DNA of 64,000 nucleotides from Nitrososphaeria archaeon (GTDB lineage: Archaea; Thermoproteota; Nitrososphaeria; JACIWG01): NCBI GenBank assembly GCA_963752255.1, contig CAVVXT010000019.1:320001-384000 (forward strand). Direction: 5' to 3'. Under the pieces are notes generated by a model. The model saw only the letters and a program-made list of their open reading frames with translations, searched no databases and was not told the DNA's origin. Positions 49,856 to 60,710 of the stretch are shown one piece after another (position 1 is the first letter of the stretch; each line of letters starts with the position of its first letter). The position numbers were made by a program, and so were the translations under genes.

Positions 49856-52800
49856 CTATGATGCCTTTGGATGGTCGATTCGGACCCCGCCATGCTTACC
49901 AGCTATCCGCCTCGGTAACACAACCCTCCAAAGGATCCCGATTGCCGCTAAGATAATAACTATCAAAATGGACGCATAAATCCAGTTTATCGAGAAGTTT
50001 GCCTGCAGGCTCTCAGCCGAGTTCACTACTACACTGACTTCGGTCTGGCTTGAAGATATTGCCCCAGACCAGCCGTCAAACTTGAACAGGAAAAGCACAG
50101 GGCTGGCTGTAAGTTGGACTGTCGACCCCAAGGGCACGAACAGCGTCTTGTTACTCGCGCTCTCCACTTTGCCAGCCAGCGAGGCTGAGCTGTAGGAAAC
50201 GCTTCCGAAATTGGAAGAAACAACTGAGAGACCAGGATAGAACGTAGCGCTTTCTACGATTGGATCCTGGACCGTAATGGTATACGATTTGCTCGTCCCT
50301 CCATACGAGCCGATTCCTGAAGCGTTCCAAAACTCGAACTGCCATCCCCCGTTTGGAGTAGCAGAAATCTGAACCTGCTCACTGGAATTATACCAATCCG
50401 TCAGAGGAGACACGGAACCGCCCTGCTCGGTGTTGGAAAGAATTTGAACGTGGTACTGGTGGTAGTAGAGAGGAGATAAGACGATAGCGGAGCTCACTGA
50501 ACCTTTAGTTGCCTGCGCAAGGACCGACCATCTCTCGCTCGAAGAAGCATGAGCAACGCTGCTAAAACTAAACGTGCTACCCGAGTCTGCCCAAGCCGTC
50601 CCCTGCGTGACACCAAGTATTGAAGTCGACGGCGATCCAAGCGAAGAGAAGTTCAACTCCAAGGAACCAGGGTTGCCCCCGCCGGATACGCTGTAGCTAT
50701 AAACAATGGTGTACTGGTGATAGTAGACTGGGGTCATTGAAACAGCTGCGTTCACGCTTCCGGAGCTGGAGTTGCTCGTGTACCAACGCTCAGAGGAGCC
50801 AGATCCCTGAAGAGGATTCGGTACGCTGAATGACGTGCCTGCGTCAAGCCAATTGGGACTGAGGGTCGCGTTTATCGGAGAAGCCGTTGACACTCCGAAA
50901 GCCGTCCCCGACAACAACGGAGAACTAGGATTCCCACCACCCATGATGACATATCCTACGGAAATGTCGAATTGGTGGTAGTATTGGAAGGTCGCGGTGT
51001 TGGGTCCCGAGACAGCCCCAGCACCGGTCTGAGACGTAATCCACCTTTCAGATGAAGTAGAGCTGGAGAGTGGATTTGTAACCGACCAAGATGAGCCATA
51101 ATCAAACCAGTAGGCTGTAGGCATGCTCCTTATGGTGGGCGAAAACGCCGTACCGCTCTGCAAGCCTGTGAATAGCGGGGCGGTCGGTGAACCACCTCCA
51201 GACACGGAGTATGCCAGAGTCCAAGCCACCTGTAAGTAATATGGGACAACTACCATAGATCCCGAAACCGTTCCCGAGGTCCCGTTAGTGGTCGTCCACC
51301 TTGTGTTTGAATTTGATCCTGCTAGCAAGCCTGCGAACGAATAGGATGAATTCGCGTCCGCCCAGTCAGTGAAATTCGCCACCCCCTGCGTCTGTGACCC
51401 GAACCTGGTGTAGGCGACGGTCGGGGCCGTATAGCCGGGCTGACCGGAGTTCATAATGTTGAAGCTAAACAGAACGTAATACTGATTATAGTATGTGAAA
51501 AGAAGTGTCTGGGCGGCAGAAACGTTTCCTGAGGTGGCGTCCTTAGAATACCATCTTTGCGTGCTACTCGACCCCTGTAAGAGCTTTGATACAGACCAGG
51601 GCTGTCCGACGTCGGACCAATAATCTGTGGGTGAGCCGGAGAGGCTAACAGCAGCCGTTGATCCGAACTGCGTCAGGGTAAGGCTGGGTGCGGTAGGGCC
51701 TCCTCCCCCCACTGTCGTATAGCCGGAAGTTAATCTGTATTGGTGGTAGTATGTCACAGAGAACGTTCCACTAGAGCCGACCACGCCAGTCGCGGGCTTA
51801 GTGGCCCACCGTTCGTTTCCGGACGATCCGGGCAACGGATTCTGAAAGGAATACATTGAGCCGGCGTCCGCGTAGGCCAAGGAAAAGTACATAATGGATA
51901 CAGACGACCCGAACTCGCTGACGTTCACGCTTGGCTGTGAGTAACCGCTGCCACCGTTTGCGACAGCGTAGAGGAAGGATACGCGAAACTGGTGGAAATA
52001 TACGAAGCTCAACGTCGTGACGTTCTTGGGAGTAGTGCCGCTGGTCTGATTTTGTGTTTCCCAAATCTCGTTCGAAGTTGAGCCCTGCAACACGCCGTTC
52101 ACACTCCACGGAGACCCGATGTCCATGTAGCAGGTGGTAGAATTAGTGGAAAGCTGGATGATGTTTTGAATCCCGCCGGAATAGTAGATGAAGGATGGGT
52201 GGAGAATACCCACTTCCCCCACCTTGAACCGAATAACTCACGTTAACTGTGGCAGGACTATATCCTGTGATGAACTGATACGCGTCAGAAGCCTCCGTGG
52301 CGCCGTGCGATGATAAGTACTGCAACGTGTTCGGATCCGTATAGGCGACGGGACTATTCGTGGAAGCCTGGAACAACGTTTGGCTAGTGCTCGGCACCGA
52401 TTCATCCATCCACATCCAGGCGGAGGATTTTGCCGAGGTGTTGTCCCAATATGTCACAGCTGACTCTTCTCCGTAATAGGCGGAGATGTGCCACCAGTCC
52501 GTCATAAGTCCAGTGAAGAAACCGTTATCGTTTTTTGGCGATGAAGCGAGGCCCACGAAATAAGAAGAACCTTCCTGGCTGAACGTCTGTATGGCCCTTG
52601 CCCTCGTGTTGTAGTCATATGCTAGCATCACGACGTTGCCGCCAGAAAAGTACAGGGTAAGGAAGACTGTATCCCCCTTGTTGACGGTCCCTGAGAAGGA
52701 TTGCAGTCCACTTCCGCTTGCTGGGTCTATTGAATTGCCACTTGGGTTAAAAACTTCGTAATTCATGCTGAAGCCCGATGTGTAGCCGCCAGCCGAATTA

Positions 52801-53321
52801 GGCCAATGCCAGGAAAGGCCCACCTGATACCAATAACCCGTGTCAGAAAGACCATTCAACAAGTAGGCCGGTCCATACCCGTTGCTGTCCGCCTGAGCCA
52901 CAGCGGTGACGTTGTAGGCCATGCTTGTAAAGCTCTGTGTGAAAGTCAATGCCAGCTGCTCGTCGTAAGTCGCAAGTGGAAGATTCTCGACAGGGTAATC
53001 TTGGTTGTTTGCAGGTGACAGCTCCAATCCAGCCAGTCTACGGCCCTGGGATTGCTCCGCCGGGGAATCGGAGCTGATAGATGCGGGTATAGTTGGACGA
53101 CACAGCGAGCAAGAGTAAGAGCCATCTGATCCCAGCGCAGTTGGAATGTTAGCTCCACCTGAGGGGGGATTCATGACAGAGGGAGTTGCTCCGAAAGCAC
53201 TCGCATGAGGTGCTGTCCAACCAAGAGCGACAAGCATTGCGATTAACAGAACGTAGAAACATAATCCCTTGGTAATCCGTCGAATAGTGCAACCATAAAT
53301 CTTAATCAAAGCCGGTTTCAA
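49856..53321 (-). CDS. Large surface protein: signal peptide, thermopsin-like N-terminal domain, seven ~85-aa repeats, two InlB-B-like repeats, C-terminal TM; frameshift ~52190
   Basis: YLLNGL..YWYQ; repeated YYHQY..GGG.P..FG..W.D.G..ERW units; ATPNGGWQFEFW and FKFDGWSG; TM followed by RR. Confidence 0.8.
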
Positions 53322-53623
53322 CCTTCTCCTTACGCATTAGGACGTATTATAGGTTTCTCCAAAGGGTTTTTCATGTTTCAAGTATGGATTATTGAAACTT
53401 GAACCCGGGAATAGGTCTAATCATTTCTGAAATAAACCTTTTATGAATCCATTACTTTATGAGCGTTCATCTCATGTTATAGTCTTTAAAACCGAATATT
53501 TATTCGATGTAGTAAAATAACTCTCAGGGGTTTACTCTGTTTATGGAGCGTCCACATCTTCAACAAATTCTATGATAGTCTTCCCAAGATCTTCCGAACG
53601 CTTTGTTTTTATGCCAATACGTT

Positions 53624-54403
53624 TTATGGACTTGAGCGGTTCTCAGGGTTTTTGCGCAGTTCTTTTGTTGCAAACCAGGCTACAATTATAGAAATGAGGG
53701 ATAAAGCAAAAACTACAGCTTCAAAACCGATTAGTGTAAAACTCTGAGCAAAGGGAACCAAGAAATCCACAAAACCCATGGGGAGGGCGAGTAGTAAATA
53801 CTGCTTCTTATTGAAATAGGCAGACATTATGCAAAGGTAGCCCCATGCGAAATGAAAAAAGGTCGAGGAGATCCTCTCAATGATACCCAGGGCCATCGTC
53901 CCAAGTACTTGGGAAGCAGGAGAAAAAAGTTCGGGTGAACTGTTAATTAACTGAGTGTAAACGGTCTGTGCTAATGGTGTATTTGTGGAGAGGATAAAGT
54001 AATAAGCCACTAGATTAATTAGTGGAAGCACACCGAGCAGAACAGCGTTTTCCCAAAAAGCCAACCCCAAACCATATACCTCGGCGTCTTTCCCAGTAAG
54101 CATGCCACGAGAAGTTGCATACCATGCGATTAAGAAAGCGCCGCCTACCTCAAAAACAACAGTTTGAAGGCCCACGTATACCCCATAACCCACGCTATTC
54201 ACACCAAAATACCCCGCAACTGTCGAGGCAGTCGGTATTTGCACTACGTACTTAAGGGCTATAGCACCGCCATATGCTAAAAGCGAGTACAGGAAGACAA
54301 GACCCCTAAAGCTCCGTTTATAGCGCCAATACACCACCAAACCCGAAGTAATTAAGATTACAATCAAGGGCTGAAGGATATACAAAATATCGATATTTTG
54401 CAC
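53624..54403 (-). CDS. YhfC/PrsW-like glutamic intramembrane protease
   Basis: Multi-TM; VVFEVG, YGLGLAFWEN, IERISS..FH. Confidence 0.8.
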   Translation of the reverse strand: MQNIDILYILQPLIVILITSGLVVYWRYKRSFRGLVFLYSLLAYGGAIALKYVVQIPTASTVAGYFGVNSVGYGVYVGLQTVVFEVGGAFLIAWYATSRGMLTGKDAEVYGLGLAFWENAVLLGVLPLINLVAYYFILSTNTPLAQTVYTQLINSSPELFSPASQVLGTMALGIIERISSTFFHFAWGYLCIMSAYFNKKQYLLLALPMGFVDFLVPFAQSFTLIGFEAVVFALSLISIIVAWFATKELRKNPENRSSP

Positions 54404-54510
54404 AATTAACGTTACTATCGCTTAGTTTTTAAAACTTATTATTGCAAAGAAGCAAGGGACATAAAAGAATTTCAGTTTTTGTAGGCTATAATCTATACAC
54501 TAAATGAAGC

Positions 54511-55512
54511 TTAAATTCTAAGGTTAACATTTTGATCTTTAAGGAACTTGTTAAGCTCTTCCTTAAAAGGCAGAGCTGTTATTGCACCACGTTTAGTAAC
54601 TACAAATGCACCGACCGCGTTGGCAATTTTGACACAATCTTCCAACCCTAACTTTTTAATTAGACCGACAAGCAATCCCGCATTCCAACCGTCGCCAGCA
54701 CCGGTTGTATCTATAACATTGACTTTATAGGAAGGTGCAAAAACTTCAACTCCGTCTTTTGACCTAATCAACGCTCCTTTTGCGCCTAATTTTACTCCCA
54801 CAATCTCAACACCAAATTCTAGAGCCCTTTCTGCAGCTTCTTTCGGCTCTTTGGTTTTGAATATGAATTCTGCCTCTTCACTTGAAAAGGTCGCTATGTC
54901 AGCCATTTTAAGCACATAATTATACATCTTTCTGATTGAGAGTTGAGAGTTCCAAACATCCGATCTTAGGGTTGGGTCAAATGAAATTTTCACTCCTTGT
55001 TCTTTAGCGAATCTGATAGCCCCAAGAATAGCCGTTCTAGAAGGGTTCTGGGAAAGTGCAAAACCTGATATGTGCAATATCTTCGATCTTGAAATATATT
55101 TGTGATCTATATCTTTAGTCGTTAATGCACTATCGGCTGTTCCTCCTGCCCAAGGCTTCCTATAGAAGAAAAACGTTCTTTCACCAGTAACAGGTTCATT
55201 GATGACAAACGCCAAGGTCGTACGTTTTCCCTTTTTCATGATTATATGGGATGTATCAACATTATTTCGCTTGAATTCCTTTATTATATATTCTCCAAAA
55301 GGATCTTCTCCCACTGCCGCAACAGCACCAGCTTTTACACCTAATCTTGCTACACCTACAATCGTGTTCATAGGAGCACCTCCAAAACATTTGATGAAGG
55401 TAGAAGCTTCAGTGTAGTGAACTGGTTCAGATGCGATAAAGTCTATTAAAACTTCACCCAATCCGATTACTTCAGGATAGGTCGACATTACTTTACACTT
55501 GTGTTTACACAC
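54511..55512 (-). CDS. PfkB-family carbohydrate kinase (start probably ~55488)
   Basis: GEVLID, GGAPMN, FDPTLR, VIDTTGAGDG. Confidence 0.93.
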   Translation of the reverse strand: MCKHKCKVMSTYPEVIGLGEVLIDFIASEPVHYTEASTFIKCFGGAPMNTIVGVARLGVKAGAVAAVGEDPFGEYIIKEFKRNNVDTSHIIMKKGKRTTLAFVINEPVTGERTFFFYRKPWAGGTADSALTTKDIDHKYISRSKILHISGFALSQNPSRTAILGAIRFAKEQGVKISFDPTLRSDVWNSQLSIRKMYNYVLKMADIATFSSEEAEFIFKTKEPKEAAERALEFGVEIVGVKLGAKGALIRSKDGVEVFAPSYKVNVIDTTGAGDGWNAGLLVGLIKKLGLEDCVKIANAVGAFVVTKRGAITALPFKEELNKFLKDQNVNLRI

Positions 55513-55581
55513 CTTTTTAGCATTTCTATCTTTATCCTATTTAACTTTAAATAAAACAATAAACCGCTTAATTGCGATCTT

Positions 55582-55773
55582 ATGCCTAATGCAGAGGTTG
55601 AAGATAACCAAAAACCTGTGAAAAAAAATAGGAAACCTGAAAAACAAGAAGAAGAAAACTGGGAAAAAAAGATGGAAGACACAGAAGAGGACGAAGAATC
55701 TGCGACAGAAGATTCCGAAGAATTTGAAGAATCAGTTGAAGAAAATGAACATATAGAAGATGAAAAAGAATAG
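55582..55773 (+). CDS. Small highly acidic protein
   Basis: 63-aa E/D/K-rich ORF after TATA-like TTTAAATA. Confidence 0.45.
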   Translation: MPNAEVEDNQKPVKKNRKPEKQEEENWEKKMEDTEEDEESATEDSEEFEESVEENEHIEDEKE

Positions 55774-56249
55774 ATTAAGAAAACTTGAAATAATAGAAGT
55801 GTGAATTGACGAAATCTAAAGAAATATTCAGAGATTACCTAGAAGACTAGAATTCTATTAATTTAACATTGGGGCATACCAACCGGATGACACGAGCTAT
55901 TACTTTACACCTGCTGTATAACATAAATCTATGGAATATTATATAATATATTGACAACCACAGAAATTAGTAATCTTTCAGAAGAACTTAAAATAGGAAA
56001 GCTTTCAAATGAAGAAATCAAATCGAGACTGAAATATATACTCAGTTGAGAGAATTGTGAAATTGATAGAGATGAACTAAGAATTTGGTTGTCCCTCAAT
56101 ATAGGGAATGAATGAAGAAACTGACAGAAACCAAAAGCTTGTAGAAACGCATAAGACATTTTGTTAACACTTTAAATCATATATGTCCTATTAGGATCTT
56201 GTCACCTGAAAGAATAAAAGACTAACTCATTCATAGTCTGAAGTGAGAA

Positions 56250-58115
56250 ATGGAAGTCTCCTCAATATGTCCATATTGTGGTTGTGGATGTAGATTAATA
56301 TTTTTAGTTAAAAATCAAAAGATTATAAAAGTAATTCCAGATAAAAAAGATGAGGTAAGCCGAGGTAGTCCTTGTATTAAAGGGTTAACATTACATGAGG
56401 TAATTGAAAAAGACAGAATTTTAAGACCAATGATAAGAGAAAGTAAAAACTCAAAATTAAGGGAAGTTACTTGGAAAAGATCATATCGTTTTATCTGGAA
56501 TAGAACCAAAAAATTGAAACCCGAAGAAATCCTCTTTGTCATTTCTGGAAAAACCCCTAACGAAGATTGCTTTACTCTAAGAGAATTTGCGGAAAAGGTT
56601 TTTGGGACTAATCAGGTTGATAGTTGTTGTACAAGACTTTGTCATTTGATCACGACCGAGGCCTTAAAAGAATTTTTGGGAATCGATGCATCTCCTGACA
56701 AAATGGATGATGTCGGAAATCTTGATTGTTTATTAATCATTGGTTCAAACCCCGCATCCAATTATCCAGTAAACTTCAACCGACTTTTAATGGCACAAAA
56801 TAAGGGAATGAAAATGATTTCCATCCAAGCCACTGAAAATGCAACTTCCCAAAGAGCAGATTTGTCACTTTTAATCGAAAATGGAGCAGAACCTGCCCTT
56901 TTGAAGTGTATCATCAACAAGTTAATTAATTTGCGGGCTTATCAATCTGAGATTGAAAAAATAGAAGGTTTTTTAGAACTAAAAAAAAGTGTCAAACTTT
57001 ATACGTATAAAAGAATAAAAAAGTACACTAGATTCTCTTTTACCGAATTCAATGGGTTGATTCGATTAATAGCGCATTCTAAGCGTTTTGGATTAATGCA
57101 TGGAATGGGTATAACTCAAGAACTACGCGGAAGAGAAAGCGTGTTTCTTTTACTTAATCTTTTAATCTTAAAAGAAGGAAAATTACTTTCTTCCCGTGGA
57201 GAGATTAACGTTCAAGGTGCTAGTGATATTGCAAGTATTCCTTTCTTAGATCAATCCAGCCGAAAAAATATTATCCAGGCTTTACTAATTTCTCCGGTCA
57301 AAGCCATATTTATCTCGGGATTTAATCCAGCTCAGTCTTTACCTAATTTGGATCGAGTTCACCAAAACCTTAGAAAGATGTTTGTGGTTCAATGTGAACC
57401 TTATTTGAATCTCACCTCAAGGTTTGCTGATGTAATCCTACCGACACCAACTTTATTGGAAAGAACAGGTACGATAACCAATGGAGAAAGAAGAATAAGA
57501 TTGGTAAATAAAGTTATTGACCCCTTAGGAGAATCTAAACCGGAATGGATAATTTCAAGAGAATTAGCGAAAATTTTTGGTATTGAAATCAGATATAAAA
57601 ATGAGAAAGAAATTTTCGAGAAGTTAGTGAAAGAAGTTCCAGCCTATAAGAACCTAATTCCCAATTCTATTTATCAAGGAAATGATGCTTACGGAGAGAA
57701 GAATGTTAAATTCAGAAGGTTTCATGCTGTCAATCTTACACCTCTAAAAAGGGCTATCTCTAGAAAATATCCCTTTATTCTAACAACATTCCGTTCGCCT
57801 TTTCATTTTCTTACTAATGAAATGACATCCAAATCAAAAACATTAAATCGATTTTCCGCTGATCCCTGTTGTTATCTAAACAAAAAAGATGCAAAAAAAT
57901 TAAAAATAAAAAATGGCGAACGAATAAAAGTCACTAGCCGAGTTGCCAGTTTAAAGACGCAAGCAAAGATCGACCAAAAAATTCCAGAAGGAATGATTGG
58001 TATGTATTTCCATTCCAAGGATTTGTTAGTGAATAGGCTCTTTCCAAGTCGATTCGATAAAGTAACATTTGTTCCCTATTATAAGACAGTGGCAGTAAAT
58101 ATTGAGAAAATTTAA
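56250..58115 (+). CDS. Mo/W-bis-PGD oxidoreductase, formate dehydrogenase alpha (FdhF)-like
   Basis: CPYCGCGC..CIKG, TRLCH, RGEINVQG, ADVILP..ERTGTITNGERR, C-terminal molybdopterin-binding domain. Confidence 0.85.
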   Translation: MEVSSICPYCGCGCRLIFLVKNQKIIKVIPDKKDEVSRGSPCIKGLTLHEVIEKDRILRPMIRESKNSKLREVTWKRSYRFIWNRTKKLKPEEILFVISGKTPNEDCFTLREFAEKVFGTNQVDSCCTRLCHLITTEALKEFLGIDASPDKMDDVGNLDCLLIIGSNPASNYPVNFNRLLMAQNKGMKMISIQATENATSQRADLSLLIENGAEPALLKCIINKLINLRAYQSEIEKIEGFLELKKSVKLYTYKRIKKYTRFSFTEFNGLIRLIAHSKRFGLMHGMGITQELRGRESVFLLLNLLILKEGKLLSSRGEINVQGASDIASIPFLDQSSRKNIIQALLISPVKAIFISGFNPAQSLPNLDRVHQNLRKMFVVQCEPYLNLTSRFADVILPTPTLLERTGTITNGERRIRLVNKVIDPLGESKPEWIISRELAKIFGIEIRYKNEKEIFEKLVKEVPAYKNLIPNSIYQGNDAYGEKNVKFRRFHAVNLTPLKRAISRKYPFILTTFRSPFHFLTNEMTSKSKTLNRFSADPCCYLNKKDAKKLKIKNGERIKVTSRVASLKTQAKIDQKIPEGMIGMYFHSKDLLVNRLFPSRFDKVTFVPYYKTVAVNIEKI

Positions 58116-58366
58116 TCTCGACATCCATATACATCTTTCTTACTACCTTTCCATAATTACAATGTTACGAATATTAGCCAGAAGATATACATATCAAAGA
58201 AAAGTTAGGTCTAACTATATTCATTAAAATATGTTACAAAATACAATTAATAAAGTGCATCCTATGAACTAAAAACATGCAGTGTGGTGTCTTCTAGTAC
58301 AAATCTTTGAATTGCCTACTTCTATTCAAAACTACCTTCTTGGCAGTTATATTCTCTATCGTATCA

Positions 58367-59572
58367 TTATTCGGTTATACATGCTCTGTCAAAGTTGGTC
58401 AGAGACCTTCCTCCAGTCTTTGTTATAGTGCAGACATCTTCAACCCTAACTGCTCCCACGCCTTTCTTGCCTGTACCGACTGCTAATGTAAAGGTCATTC
58501 CGGGTTCCATCATCCATTCATCTATGAATCCAATTTCTTCAAACTGCAAGCCTATGCCATGTCCATATAATAGTGCTGGCAGTGCTCCTACAAGTTCTTC
58601 GTTAACTGACTTTGCGGCCTTAAGTATATCTGATCCTTTGACCCCTGGCTTCATAACTTTCATCGCAGCTTCATGCGCTTCTTTTGCTACCTCAAGCAGT
58701 TCCCTTTGTTTATTTGTGATCTTTCCAAATCCTATTCCTCTGTCACTATCACAACAGTAGCCTTGATATCTTGGTGTCACATGAAATTCGAGCATTGTAT
58801 CCTTTCTTATGGGAACGTCCCTAGCCTTTCCAAGCATTGTCTCCTCATACTTTCCGCCCATTACCAAAATATCAGAATTGACCTGTTCAGCTCCATAACT
58901 TACCGCATATGCTATTATCTCCCTTGCAATCTCCGACTCCATCTTACCAGGTTTAAGGATGGTTTCAATTATATCTTCATACACCATATCGGCTATTGCA
59001 CCAGCTTTTTCAAGAAGTTTAACCTCTTTTTCATCCTTGATGATCCTCATCGAATCAGGAATCCTTGAGTCGATCATCTCACCCATCGCTTCTTTGATTG
59101 AAGTGTAGATTGGATATGGTACTATTTCTTTGCCAGTAAAAGCTATCCTCTTCAGCACTTCTTTTTTCTTTAATTCTTTTAGAATACCCAAGGATTTACT
59201 CCAAGGCTCAAGCCTTATCCAAGGTTGATCTTCTATAGGTTCTACCTCCAAAGTAACAGAATCTAAAAAGCCATCTGGGACAAAGTAAATGGGTTCACCA
59301 TCAATTGGTATAGTGAGAAGAGTGAATGGCCCATATGGGGCTACATAGTCTGTGTTAAGCGCTGCAAAGGGAGATAGCCCCGCAAAATATCTGAGGTTTC
59401 CATCCCTCCAGGAATCTCCATATATAATCAAGAAATCAATTCCATCTTTCTTCATTCTTCTTTTTGCTTCCCCTATTCTTCTAAGATAATCTTCCTTTGA
59501 CATTGACATAACCTTTCTTTTACGTCTTCGATATTTAAATCTTAAGTTTGACATTAATCTAATCAATTTCAA
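58367..59572 (-). CDS. M24-family Xaa-Pro peptidase/creatinase-like protein (start probably ~59509)
   Basis: Creatinase N-domain (NLRYFAG), RIIKDEKE, GHGIG, VRVED. Confidence 0.85.
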   Translation of the reverse strand: MKLIRLMSNLRFKYRRRKRKVMSMSKEDYLRRIGEAKRRMKKDGIDFLIIYGDSWRDGNLRYFAGLSPFAALNTDYVAPYGPFTLLTIPIDGEPIYFVPDGFLDSVTLEVEPIEDQPWIRLEPWSKSLGILKELKKKEVLKRIAFTGKEIVPYPIYTSIKEAMGEMIDSRIPDSMRIIKDEKEVKLLEKAGAIADMVYEDIIETILKPGKMESEIAREIIAYAVSYGAEQVNSDILVMGGKYEETMLGKARDVPIRKDTMLEFHVTPRYQGYCCDSDRGIGFGKITNKQRELLEVAKEAHEAAMKVMKPGVKGSDILKAAKSVNEELVGALPALLYGHGIGLQFEEIGFIDEWMMEPGMTFTLAVGTGKKGVGAVRVEDVCTITKTGGRSLTNFDRACITE

Positions 59573-59762
59573 TTTGGATAACTAATCTCAATCGGGTTCA
59601 CGATATTCATGTGAGTTTAAAGTTGTTATAACTTAGCTTTTTGCTAATCTGTCATTAATATTTTTTGATGTTGAAATATCTACTTCTATTTGACCATTTG
59701 AGTATATTGGAATATACTTATTCAAAAAGAAGTATTGAAAGTCAAGTATTTTCGTAAATGAA

Positions 59763-60710
59763 TTAGAGTTTCGGGTAAACTTTGCACAGGGATTCAAGAA
59801 CCGTAGAGGTTGTGATAAGCCTCTTGGGATCTTGATAAAGCCTACCTGCGTCCTTACAGGTCCAGGGCTCAAAGCAGTCGTTTTTGGTGAGCCGTATGAT
59901 CGGCACACTTTCCCAGCTGCCGTCTGTTCTCTGCTCCTGAACAAGCTGATTGACGAGCTCGAAGACATTAGTATCGCCCAATTCTGCAAATGTGTAAAGG
60001 ATGCATGAAATCAGCAGGGCTGATTCAAAGGCATTCTTGGGACTGACTCGAAGCAAGCTCTCTTTAGTTTTAGCTTTGTCGAATCGAGCTCCGATCGCGT
60101 CTAGAAGTGACAGACTGGCTTCGGTGCCGTAGAGGAACGAATCCCACCAGAAGGAGTTCCATAGCCCATCGACTGTTTTCTGCTTTAACACATATTTCAT
60201 GCCCTTTTTTATGGAAGGATTCTTGCGAACGTACTTTGTCAGAAGCGCCTGAAGGGCGATAGGGGTCACGTCGGGATGGGGGGCCCTCCAAGAATCAGTT
60301 CTGCTGTTGGCGAGATATGTTGAAAAGCCTCCATCACCGCACTGGAACTTCATCAGGTGTTTATAGCTCCTCACCGGTACTTCCACCCCTTCAGAAACCA
60401 GGAACAGTAATGCGTATGCCGTAGAGTCTGCATCCGATCCAGCCTCCATGTTGTACCCCCAGCCTCCATCTGGGTATTCGTTTCTTAGAAGCCACTTGGA
60501 GGCTGAAAGCGTCGAATCCGCAGTCCTCTTTCTCAGTCTTCCTGGAACGTGCCTTAACTTGTACCCCACGTACGCTGTTACCCATGCGTCCGACCATCCG
60601 GGCGGCAGTTGGCAGTCTGCCCAGCTTCCATCATCGGATATATAGGAGAGAATATACTCTAAGGAACTGATGATAGATCCTTTTATGCACTCCTTCCTTT
60701 TCGCGCTCAA
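59763..60710 (-). CDS. Single-domain class II terpene cyclase / prenyltransferase-squalene oxidase repeat protein
   Basis: QW-like repeats (DGSW, DGGWG, QCGDGGF, QKTVDGLW, QRTDGSW) and the DxDD-variant DADSTA. Confidence 0.82.
   Translation of the reverse strand: MSAKRKECIKGSIISSLEYILSYISDDGSWADCQLPPGWSDAWVTAYVGYKLRHVPGRLRKRTADSTLSASKWLLRNEYPDGGWGYNMEAGSDADSTAYALLFLVSEGVEVPVRSYKHLMKFQCGDGGFSTYLANSRTDSWRAPHPDVTPIALQALLTKYVRKNPSIKKGMKYVLKQKTVDGLWNSFWWDSFLYGTEASLSLLDAIGARFDKAKTKESLLRVSPKNAFESALLISCILYTFAELGDTNVFELVNQLVQEQRTDGSWESVPIIRLTKNDCFEPWTCKDAGRLYQDPKRLITTSTVLESLCKVYPKL

Noticed and set aside
53394-53412. tRNA T-arm-like CCCGGGTTCAAG on the minus strand
   Set aside because: No complementary stem or cloverleaf context
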